64,000 nt of DNA from an uncultured Spirochaetota bacterium (lineage in GTDB: Bacteria; Spirochaetota; Spirochaetia; SZUA-6; Fen-1364), in assembly GCA_963734545.1 (NCBI GenBank), contig CAVTHO010000008.1:800001-864000 (forward strand), given 5' to 3'. Positions 47,843 to 56,920 of the stretch are shown here, one piece after another. The notes under the pieces were generated by a model, which was not told the DNA's origin, did not search any database, and saw only the letters and a program-made list of their open reading frames with translations. Each line of letters begins with the position of its first letter. Position 1 is the stretch's first letter. The translations under genes and the position numbers were made by a program.

Positions 47843-48810
47843 AGTACTTCTTCGTCCTGAATCCGGGCTCCGCGGGAGGGAAGAGCGGACGTCGGTTTTC
47901 CTCTGTGCACGAAGCTGTCACGCGTCGGCGCGTCAGGTTCGATTTCGAGATTTGCCGCAGCCTCGACCACGCGTGCGACCTGTCGCGGATGGCAAACCGG
48001 TCAGGGTACGACGTCGTCGTTGCCGTCGGAGGAGACGGCACCATCAATCAGGTGCTCAACGGATTCTATGACGAAAGGGGCGGGCGGATCTCGGATGCCT
48101 CGCTGGGGGTCCTGCATACGGGAACGAGCCCTGATTTCTGCAAGAGCCACGCCATCCCGTGTCAACTCGAGAGCGCCCTGGAGCTGCTTTTCGGAGGATG
48201 CACGAAGAAGATCCCTGTCGGCAGGATCACGCTGGCACGGCAGTTCGAACCGGCATTCGATGGAAAACCCGTATCGGACGACGCTCTCTTCCACACGCGG
48301 TACTTCGCGTGCTGCGCCAATATCGGCCTGGGAGCATCTGTGGCCCGCTGCGCAAACAACGGAATCAGGAAACGGCTCGGAGACTCTCCGGGCACTTTCA
48401 TTGCCATCCTGAGAAGCCTGGCCCGGTTCGAACAATCCTCCTTCACGATCGTCCGTGATGGCAAAGCCCAGACCATACCCCGGCTCGTCAACCTGGCAAT
48501 CGGAAAGACCTTCCACGTTGCCTCCGGCATCAAAGTCAGGAGCGAGCTGCGCGAGCATGATCGGCGCTTCTACTGCCTTGCTCTCCACGATCTGCGGATG
48601 GTCGATGTCGTGCCCTGCCTCGTGTCGCTCTACAGCGGGAGGACGATCCAGGGCACGGGATACGCGGAGCTCGGGTACTGCTCGTCGATCCAGGTCCTGG
48701 GAAACAGCCGGTATCCCGAAGTGGAATACGACGGAGACCCCCAGGGATTTCTCCCCTGCCGCATCGAGACGGCTGCTGACGAGCTCTCCGTGATCGGAAA
48801 GCCATCATGA
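47839..48810 (+). CDS. Diacylglycerol/sphingosine kinase family protein (YegS/DgkB-like)
   Basis: LNPGSAGG, AVGGDGTINQVLNG, GTSPDF and C-terminal YDGD motifs. Confidence 0.88.
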   Translation: MKYFFVLNPGSAGGKSGRRFSSVHEAVTRRRVRFDFEICRSLDHACDLSRMANRSGYDVVVAVGGDGTINQVLNGFYDERGGRISDASLGVLHTGTSPDFCKSHAIPCQLESALELLFGGCTKKIPVGRITLARQFEPAFDGKPVSDDALFHTRYFACCANIGLGASVARCANNGIRKRLGDSPGTFIAILRSLARFEQSSFTIVRDGKAQTIPRLVNLAIGKTFHVASGIKVRSELREHDRRFYCLALHDLRMVDVVPCLVSLYSGRTIQGTGYAELGYCSSIQVLGNSRYPEVEYDGDPQGFLPCRIETAADELSVIGKPS

Positions 48811-49835
48811 GCGTCGAGAAGAGCCTCATCGAGTTGATCGACCACATTCTCCCGAAGGACCCGACGTGCCTGACCAAATGCTTCGAAGCAGATGCCCAGG
48901 TCATCAGGCTGGGCACCGGGACATTCGTCTTTTCGACTGATGGATTCTCGCACGAGGACCTGCTGCAGGAGAAAGATCCCTTCCGCCTTGGCTGGAACGT
49001 CGCGGTGGGCGCAATCAGCGACATCCTTGCCGTCGGCGGCGTGCCTCTGCTCTATGCGCACACGATGAGCATCGAGCCCCGGTGGAACGCGGCCTTCATT
49101 GAGAGATTTTCCAGAGGGGTGGCCAGGGCGCTGGAGTTGTCCGGGATCACCTTCATCGGGGGTGATCTCGGAAGGTCGGGAGAATGGAAGTATGCCGCCT
49201 CGGTGATCGGCACGCTGGCGGGAGAGCCGGTGCTCAGAAAGGGCGCATCCGAAGGAGACAGCATCTACCTTTCCGGCGAGGTCGGCGCCGGCAACCTGGA
49301 AGCGGCCATGAGCCTGTACGCCCGCAGGGTGGGATGTGCCGCGGCGGCGGGCAGGATCTGCGGCAGGTTCCACCTCCGCCTCTCGGAAGCCAGGCTCATG
49401 AAAAAGTACGCGACATCCGCAATCGACACCAGCGACGGCGTCTTTGACGCCCTGAGCACGTTGTCTGAGATAAATGGTACCGGCTACGTCGTGGAGAATC
49501 TGCCGTACCTCCGGCGGGGAGTCCTGCTCGCGAAGCTCCTCGCGGTGCCCCCATCCCTCCTCTTCTTCGGCGGATGCGGCGAGTACGAGCTTCTCTTCAC
49601 GGTCAAGAGAGAAGAGGAGGCGGCGTTCCTGTCGGAGGCGCGGGAAAAAGGGCTGAGGTTCTACCGGCTGGGCGGAATAACCGGCGGGAAATCTCCGCAA
49701 AAGATTCTGCGGGAAAACGGCGCGCGCATCGATCTGTCACAGGTGAGCATGTCGGCCCGGGACTTCGGCACTGCGGAGGAGTACCTGGAGAAACTGCAGG
49801 CGATGGTGGAGGGACTGAAATGCCAAGGGTCGTGA
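48807..49835 (+). CDS. Thiamine-monophosphate kinase (ThiL)-like kinase, PurM/AIRS fold
   Basis: FSTD, ISDILAVGG, IGGD, RKGASEGD, IDTSDG and GEYELLFT motifs. Confidence 0.82.
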   Translation: MSVEKSLIELIDHILPKDPTCLTKCFEADAQVIRLGTGTFVFSTDGFSHEDLLQEKDPFRLGWNVAVGAISDILAVGGVPLLYAHTMSIEPRWNAAFIERFSRGVARALELSGITFIGGDLGRSGEWKYAASVIGTLAGEPVLRKGASEGDSIYLSGEVGAGNLEAAMSLYARRVGCAAAAGRICGRFHLRLSEARLMKKYATSAIDTSDGVFDALSTLSEINGTGYVVENLPYLRRGVLLAKLLAVPPSLLFFGGCGEYELLFTVKREEEAAFLSEAREKGLRFYRLGGITGGKSPQKILRENGARIDLSQVSMSARDFGTAEEYLEKLQAMVEGLKCQGS

Positions 49836-51088
49836 TCACGGGCATCGGAATCCTGACCTCGCTCGGAGTCGGGAAGGATGAGTTCATGCGGAACCTCTTT
49901 CTGCAGAAAACTCCTCTGGCAGCCATACCCGCCTCTTTTGAGAAGCATTATTCCTTTACATCCAGGTTCTATGTTCCGTTCTCGGTTCCCGCCCTGAACG
50001 ACTATGGCATCCCGTCGCATCATCAATGCTTCATGCAGGACGCTCACAAGATCGCCGTTATTGCCGCGAAACTGGCTCTCTCGGACGCGGGGTTCTTGAT
50101 TTCCAGTGACGGGCGATCCTTCAGAATCGAAGAGCTCGCGGATTGCGGCGTCTGCATCGGGATGGGCTTCCTGGGGATGCGCGAGGGCTTCTCATCATAC
50201 CTCGCCCACCTGGCCGGCGAGGACGGGCCGCCGTTTTCCTGGATCTCGAAAAGCGTCCGGTTCAACAGGCTGATCATCCCGGTCATGATGCCCAATTCAG
50301 TGTCGGCATGGATTTCGATCCTGTTTCATCTCAATGGAAGCTCCTGCACCGTGAATGCCTCCTGCGCGTCGGGAACGCTGGCCATCGGCGAGGCATTCAG
50401 GAGGATAAAGGACGGATACGAGACGGTGGCCCTGGCAGGCGGGGTGGAATGCCTGAAAGACGAATGCGGCGGCGTGATGCGCGGGTTCGATGTTCTCGGA
50501 GCGCTCACCCGGGCGGAAGACGGCAGACCGTTGCCCTTTTCAGGCCGGAGAAGCGGCTTTCTTTTTTCGGAGGGCGGCGGATGCATCCTCGTCCTGGAAG
50601 AGCTCGCGCATGCGCGAAGTCGCGGCGCTTCGATATATGCTGAAATCGCCGATTTCAGGTCAAACAGCGACGCCTGCAGCATTCTCCAGATGGAGGGGAG
50701 CGGGGCGCAGATCAGGAGACTCCTGAAGGACCTGAAAGGCGATCGGACCATCGACTATCTGAACTCCCACGGCACGGGAACGGCGGCAAACGATTCGATC
50801 GAGGCGCGAGCCATTCACGAGGTCTTCGGCAGCAGAGACGCGCAGCCGTTCATCGACGCGACAAAAGGGATACTTGGCCACACCGTGGGAGCCAGCGGAG
50901 CCATAGAGGCCGCCGTGGTGGCGCTGTCCATCAGGGAATCCAGGATTCATGGCAGTGCGGTACCTGACCCCATCCCTGATCTCAATCTCGCTTCCTGCAA
51001 TCAGAGCTTGCCCATCACGTACGCCATCTCGACATCCTACGGGTTCGGAGGGCACAACGCCGGACTCCTCTTTCGGAGGTATGGATGA
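49820..51088 (+). CDS. Beta-ketoacyl-ACP synthase (FabF-like)
   Basis: RVVITGIG, ASCASG (Cys), NSHGTGT (His), KGILGHT (His) and SYGFGGHN motifs. Confidence 0.92.
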   Translation: MPRVVITGIGILTSLGVGKDEFMRNLFLQKTPLAAIPASFEKHYSFTSRFYVPFSVPALNDYGIPSHHQCFMQDAHKIAVIAAKLALSDAGFLISSDGRSFRIEELADCGVCIGMGFLGMREGFSSYLAHLAGEDGPPFSWISKSVRFNRLIIPVMMPNSVSAWISILFHLNGSSCTVNASCASGTLAIGEAFRRIKDGYETVALAGGVECLKDECGGVMRGFDVLGALTRAEDGRPLPFSGRRSGFLFSEGGGCILVLEELAHARSRGASIYAEIADFRSNSDACSILQMEGSGAQIRRLLKDLKGDRTIDYLNSHGTGTAANDSIEARAIHEVFGSRDAQPFIDATKGILGHTVGASGAIEAAVVALSIRESRIHGSAVPDPIPDLNLASCNQSLPITYAISTSYGFGGHNAGLLFRRYG

Positions 51089-52139
51089 TGGACCGTGTCA
51101 TGATCACCGGCGCCACCGGTTTCATCGGGAGTCACATCACCCGCGCGTTCATCGGGCATGGCGTGAAGGTGGGCTGTCTCGTGCGGCGATGCAGCGATCT
51201 CGCGAATCTCGAAGGGCTGAACGTCGAGCTGCGGTATGGGGACATTCGGGACAGAGAAAGCCTGGTCAGCGCTTTCAAGGACTATGACGCGGTCATTCAC
51301 AATGCCGCCCTCGTTGCCGACTGGGGGCCATACAGGGATTTCTACCAGACCAACGTGCGGGGCACGCTCAATGTCATGGACGGCATGCCTGCAGAACGGT
51401 ATTGAGAAGATCATCATGGCAGGCTCCAACGCCGTGTATGGTGAGGAAGACTGCAGGACATCAAAGAACGAGGATTCACCTCTCAATCCCCATTACCGCT
51501 ATTTTCTCGGGAGAATTGTTCCCTGCAAGCTCAACTATTACCGGGACACCAAGACCCTGGCAACGGTCCTCGCTTCGGACTACGCCCGGAAGTTCGGGCT
51601 GAACCTCACGATTCTGGATCCCGGTGTGGGTGTACGGCGAGCGGGAGCTGCATACCGGCTTCTACGAGTACCTTCGCTCGGTACAAGGCGGGATGATCGT
51701 CACGCCGGGATGCAGACGCAACAAGTTCCATGCCATTTATGCGGGAGATCTGGCAGAGGCGTATTACTGTGCGTTCCGCAAGGGAGTGAGCGGTGTCAGA
51801 AGGTTTATCATCGGCAATGAGCGAGCCGAGCGAATGTCCACAATCTACGGGCTTCTCTGCCGTGAAGCTCGGCTCAAGCCGCCGCGAAACCTCCCCAAGT
51901 TCATTTTCTACCCGGTCGGGCTTCTCATGGAAATCCTCTGGAGCGCGCTGGGTTTCGCGGCGCCGCCGCTGCTGACCCGGGGAAGGGTGAACCTCTTCTA
52001 CGACAGCATCACGTACTCCGTGGAAAAGGCGAAAAAGATGCTCGGCTTTGCGGGCACGTACTCCCTGGAGGAGGGCATCGCAAGGACCGTGTCCTGGTAT
52101 CGAACAAATCACCTGCTGCAGGGGAGGGAAAAACCATGA
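51085..52139 (+). CDS. Extended SDR / NAD-dependent epimerase-dehydratase (3-beta-HSD/CerR-like); two +1 frameshifts near 51380 and 51622
   Basis: TGATGFIG, GDIRD, HNAA and NVRGT in frame 1; SNAVYG and YRDTK (YxxxK) in frame 2; VWVYG...DLAEA...KAKKMLGF in frame 3. Confidence 0.85.
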
Positions 52140-53437
52140 TCGATCCTCGAAGCGTATCCGGTCTCGCCAAGCACGTTTTCAATGCAAAATTGAAGCTTGT
52201 CATTTTCTTTCGCTTCATGCGCCCTCTGATCACAGGGGAGCTGTCTCCGGCCCGGTTCATCCTGCTCCTGAGGAGGCTGCTGTATTTCTTCTCTCGACTC
52301 CAGAGCAACAAGTTCGTTCGGATCGGGAAACAGACGCGAGTCGATCTCTATGTCCCGTTTTTTCCCACGAAGGCATTCTTCGCTGCCTGCCGCAAGTTCA
52401 CGACCTTCGGTGAAAAGCTGCCCTGCACGACCGCCCTCATTTCAGTCACTTCGGCCTGCCGCTTCAACTGCAGCCACTGCTACCAGAAGATGGACCGTGG
52501 AAAGGACGTGGATATCGGACGGCTGGTTCAGGTGGCGGCAAGGCTGCAGGAGAAGGGCATTGCTTTCTTCAACATCGAAGGTGGTGAACCGTTTCTCGTG
52601 TTCGACCGTCTCAGGAGAGTATGCGCGGCAATCGATGACCGGTCGGAGGTATGGGTGAACTCCACCGGCGACGGAATGACTTTGGAACGGCTCCGGGAGC
52701 TGAAAACGCTGAATCTCACCGCCGTCATGTTCTCTCTGCATTCGCCTGTCCCTGATGATTTCAACGCTTTTCTGGGATCTGAGAGAGCCTGGGCCACGAT
52801 GCTGAACGGGGTCCATCTCTGCCATCAGGCCGAGGTGCCCGTGGCGTTCAATATGTGCCTGCAGAGAGAAGGCTTCTCTGACGGGACTTTCGAGCGGCTC
52901 ATGGACAAGGCCAGGGAGCTCGGGGCGTCGATCATCCAGCTCATCAAGCCGAAGCCCTCGGGAGGATGGCTGCGCTGCGGCGTGGAGGAGTTCCGGCCGC
53001 AGGACGTCATGCGCATGAAAACCCTGGTCAGTGACTACAACACCAGGCGCGAGTACGGAGATTTTCCCTCGATCTCAGCACAGATGCTCGAGGAAGATCC
53101 GTCGCGCTTCGGCTGCACGGCGGGAGGAACCGATCGGTTCTATATCAACGCGAAAGGGGATCTGCAGCCCTGTGAGTTTCTGAACCTGTCTTTCGGGAAT
53201 ATCGCCACGGACGACTTCGACACAATCTATGACACCATGAGAAGCTGCTTCGAGAGGCCCGGCGTGAACTGGCTGTGCGAGAAATGCGCCGGCAGCGTCC
53301 TCCAGCGTGTCACGAGCCATGACCTGCACTCCCTTCCGCTCGACCCAGGGCTCTCCAGGGAAGTCTACGGGTCCTGGGATCGGGGCAGTCCGACGGAGCT
53401 CTATGACACCATCGAGAACAGGTTGAGCCCCCGTTGA
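52136..53437 (+). CDS. Radical SAM enzyme with SPASM/twitch-like C-terminus
   Basis: CRFNCSHC (CxxxCxxC), GGEP and GCTAG...INAKGDLQPCEF, plus further Cys residues. Confidence 0.9.
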   Translation: MIDPRSVSGLAKHVFNAKLKLVIFFRFMRPLITGELSPARFILLLRRLLYFFSRLQSNKFVRIGKQTRVDLYVPFFPTKAFFAACRKFTTFGEKLPCTTALISVTSACRFNCSHCYQKMDRGKDVDIGRLVQVAARLQEKGIAFFNIEGGEPFLVFDRLRRVCAAIDDRSEVWVNSTGDGMTLERLRELKTLNLTAVMFSLHSPVPDDFNAFLGSERAWATMLNGVHLCHQAEVPVAFNMCLQREGFSDGTFERLMDKARELGASIIQLIKPKPSGGWLRCGVEEFRPQDVMRMKTLVSDYNTRREYGDFPSISAQMLEEDPSRFGCTAGGTDRFYINAKGDLQPCEFLNLSFGNIATDDFDTIYDTMRSCFERPGVNWLCEKCAGSVLQRVTSHDLHSLPLDPGLSREVYGSWDRGSPTELYDTIENRLSPR

Positions 53438-53480
53438 TTGAAGCTCTCCATGCGGGCCGTTCTCCTGAAGTCAAGAGTCG

Positions 53481-56400
53481 TCAGCTGGAGCTGGCGAACG
53501 CCGAAACGAGGCCACCCACGTAATCCTTGACCGGCGGAGAGCTCCACATGCCGGATTCCTGACCGCGGCGGAGCAGCTCGAGGATCTCCGGCCCTTCTTC
53601 CACGAAGATGCGGAGGTATCCCTCAGGCTGCGCCAGCCCTACAGCTTCGCTCAGAGCATCAAGGGCATCCCCCTGGGCGGAAGCCGAGGCCCTTGCTTTC
53701 GCCTGGAGGACGAGGATCTCGATGAGGGGACCAATGCGTCCTCCCGACCGCGCAGAGAAGGCAAGGTCATCGAGCAGGCGCGAGATGTCGGCCGAGCCCG
53801 GGTCCGTCACACCGGCAGCCAGGCGAACCCGGGCCAGGCAGATGAGCTCCACCTCCCGATTCACAGGACTCGCCGCTTTCCCCGGCTTGTACTCGCGCAT
53901 CCACGCCTCGGCAGCTGCGCTGTCCCCGCACGCGAGATACGTCTTCACCCTGTCGGCCTCGAAAATCGGCAGGAGCGTGGCATGGATGAGGGCGCGCCGC
54001 GGAAGCGATTGTACTTTCGCAAGCTCCTCCTGCGCCCGCGCGGCCTGTCCACGCGATCGGAGCACGCGCGCCAGCGACTGGCGGGTGAGATACACGTCGG
54101 AGGGCAGGCCCCACGCCTCCACGTCCTTCACCGCTTTTTCGGCAATCCTCAGCGCGTCATCAAGCTCGCCTCGTTCCCTCTTGAGCTCAGCCATCAGGGC
54201 ATACACTTTGGCGATCGGCCCGCTCCCGCGCGCGTGGCGCCGCCCCGCCAGGGCATCGAACTCCTCCAGCAGGGCCAGCGCATCGCGGAGCCGGCCCTGA
54301 AGGCGGCGGAGATGCGCAAACTCGTACACCGCGCTGGCGATCGACCAGATGCTTCCGGCGGCATGGCTCGCCCGCAGAAACTCCTTGCAGCCCTCCTCGG
54401 CTTTTTCCAGCTCTCCCTGGTAGCGATAGGATTTTTCCAGGATATAGAGGATCAAAGTCCTGGGCATATCTTCCTTCGGGGGCAGGAGCCGGTCAGCCCT
54501 GCCGGCGAGCTCGACGGCCTCCGCGGTCTCCCCTGCCATGTCGGCGAGAACGGCCCGGATGATTGCCACGGTTCCCTCGAGGGTCCGGATGCTGTCGGAA
54601 TCCTTCCCGGCTTCGGAAATACTCTTCTCCGTCCGATCCAGCAGAGCCTCGGCCTCCTGCCGTCGTCCCGCCCATGCCAGGGTCCAGGCAGCGGCCATGC
54701 AGTGTCCGGGGCGTTTCTCCATCACCTCCGAGGGGATCTCCCTGCACCAGCGCTGCAACTGGCTCAGCGCACCCTGGCCGATGATATCGAAGAACCTTGC
54801 CTCGATGAGGTCCGCGGCTTTCTCGTGGGCCTCTGCCGCCAGGTATTCCTGGATCGCCTCGACGAGCTCCCCCTGTCCGGCAAACCAGTCGCCCGCCCTG
54901 ATGTGGAGTGCATGAATCTTCTCGGGAAGCCGCTCGAGCTCCAGCTTGTGCCGCAGCAGGTCGGCGAAGAGGTGGTGGTAGCGAAACCAATTCCTCTGCT
55001 CGTCCAGGGGGACGAGGAACAGGTTCATCCGCTCCAATTGCTGCAGGGTCTCCTGGCATCCACGCCGTCCTGTCACCGCTTCGCACAACCCGGCGCTCAT
55101 CCTGGTCATGATCGAAGTATCGAGGAGAAGCTGCTTGAGGTCTTCGTCCAGACGGGAAAACACCTCCTCGGCAAGATATTCCAGGATGTAGCGTTGAGTT
55201 CCGCTGAAAGACGCGATGAAGCCGTCCACGTCCTCCCGTCCCTGAAGGGAGAGAGCCGCCATCTGCAGCCCCGCAACCCAGCCTTCGGTCCGCTTCTCCA
55301 GCACGGCGACCTGGGCCGGGGAAAGGGACAGGGACATTGCCCGATCGAAGAATTGCTCGGCCTCGGCGGCGGTGAAACGCAGATCTTCCGCGCGAATTTC
55401 CGCAACGCGGTCCTGCGAGCGCAGGCGCGCGAGCGGAAAGGGCGGATCGGCACGGCTTGCAATGAAGATGCCGAGCGACGCAGGCCTGTGGTCGATCAGG
55501 AACCGCACCGCTGCATGGACCTCCAGCGTGTGGATGAACTGGTAGTCGTCAAGGACCAGGGCGATGCCCTTCCCCTGCTCCTCGATGGCGTTGATCAGGG
55601 CGGTCATGACGAGCTCTGCCGGGGCGGGCGGCGTGGCCCGCAGCATCTGGCTCGCCTCCTCCCCCACGCCCTCCCCGGTCCTCATGATCGAAGCTGCGAG
55701 GTGGAGCAGGAAGCGGGGGAGATCATTGTCTCCCTCATCGAGTGAGAGCCAGGCGACAGGCATCCCGGCCCGCGCAGCCAATTCAGAAAGGATTGTCGTC
55801 TTGCCAAAACCAGCCGGAGCGGATACGACCACCAGGCCGCGCGCCAGGCCCTGCTCGAGGAGGCGGATGAGCCTGCCTCTTCTGACCATTCCATCGCGAA
55901 CGGGTGGAACCGAAAGCTTGGTGCCGAGCAGGCCCGGGAAAAGATCTGCGCCCTGCGCGGGCGGCTGCACCGCTCGCGGCTCTTCGATCCGGTGAGCTGC
56001 GCATTCGACTCTCCGGGCCCGGCTCGCGGTGTGTCCTTCGTTTTCTCCCGCGGTCCGATCTGACGGGACAGGATCTGGTTGTAGAGGTCCCGGGTCCCCT
56101 TTTCCGGTTCCTGGCCAAACTCTCCCCGCAGCGCCTCGGCAAACTCCTCGTACTGCCTGATGGCGGCGCTTCGCTGACCCGAAAGCGCAAGCGTCTGTAT
56201 CAGCAGGGCCTGGGCCTGCTCGTGCATCCTGTCCTGCGCAAGCCAGCGCTTCACCGACTGGAGAGCATCTTCCCAGCGCTCGGCCGCGGCGTGACAACGG
56301 GCAGATCTCTCGAGAAGCCACCCGAGCTCGGCTCTCAGGCTCTCCCTTTCCGCCACCTGCCAGTCGTCGAACCCAGGGCAGCCAGGGAGGTTGAAGCCTT

Positions 56401-56833
56401 CGAGGAACTCGCCCTGGAAGAGCCGTATCGCATTCACCACCCGCTCGAGGCACTCAGGGCACCGCTCCCCTGATTCGTGAGGATGGGCCTTTACATCCGC
56501 GACAAGCCGCCGCGCGGCACGCACGTCGATCCACAGGTCCGCGTCCGACCGCACGCTTATCCTGTCCCGCTCTGGCTCCAGCCAATCCCCGGGAATGCTC
56601 GCGTGGAGCGAGGCGAGGCTCCGCCGCAGGTTCGCAGGAGCGCGATTCTGGTCGAATTCCGGCCAGAAGAGGGCCGCCAGTTTCTCCCGCGATTGGGGAT
56701 GCTCGTTCAGACTGAGATAGGCAAGAAGGGCGGTGGTCTTTCGCGTTTCGAGCCGCACGTGGCTGCCGGAGAGCTCGACTCGAGGGTGACCGAGCCAGTA
56801 GAGCCCCAGGCGCGGCCCGCTTCCCTGCTTCAC
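53481..56833 (-). CDS. SARP (wHTH+BTAD) fused to a MalT-type STAND ATPase/TPR regulator (frameshift near 55950-56030)
   Basis: ALLAYL...SREKLAALFWPE...FLEGF...FDDW BTAD part in one frame; TKLSVPP, APAGFGKTT, WLSLDEGDND, LVLDDY, TEGW and FRYHHLF in the other; no C-terminal LuxR HTH. Confidence 0.82.
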
Positions 56834-56920
56834 AAACTGATATTGTACACGCCGCTGCGGCACGGGACAAGACCGGGAGCATAGTGTGATAGAATGGCCT
56901 GCCGGACGAGGAGTAGAGTC

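Noticed and set aside
48807-49835. Calling it housekeeping thiL, or selD/hypE
   Set aside because: Embedded by overlapping codons in a lipid operon, and no SelD-type N-terminal Cys/Sec-x-x-Lys or HypE C-terminal PRIC motif; left as ThiL-like.
52136-53437. RiPP maturase
   Set aside because: No precursor peptide, RRE domain, peptidase or peptide exporter visible in or near the operon.
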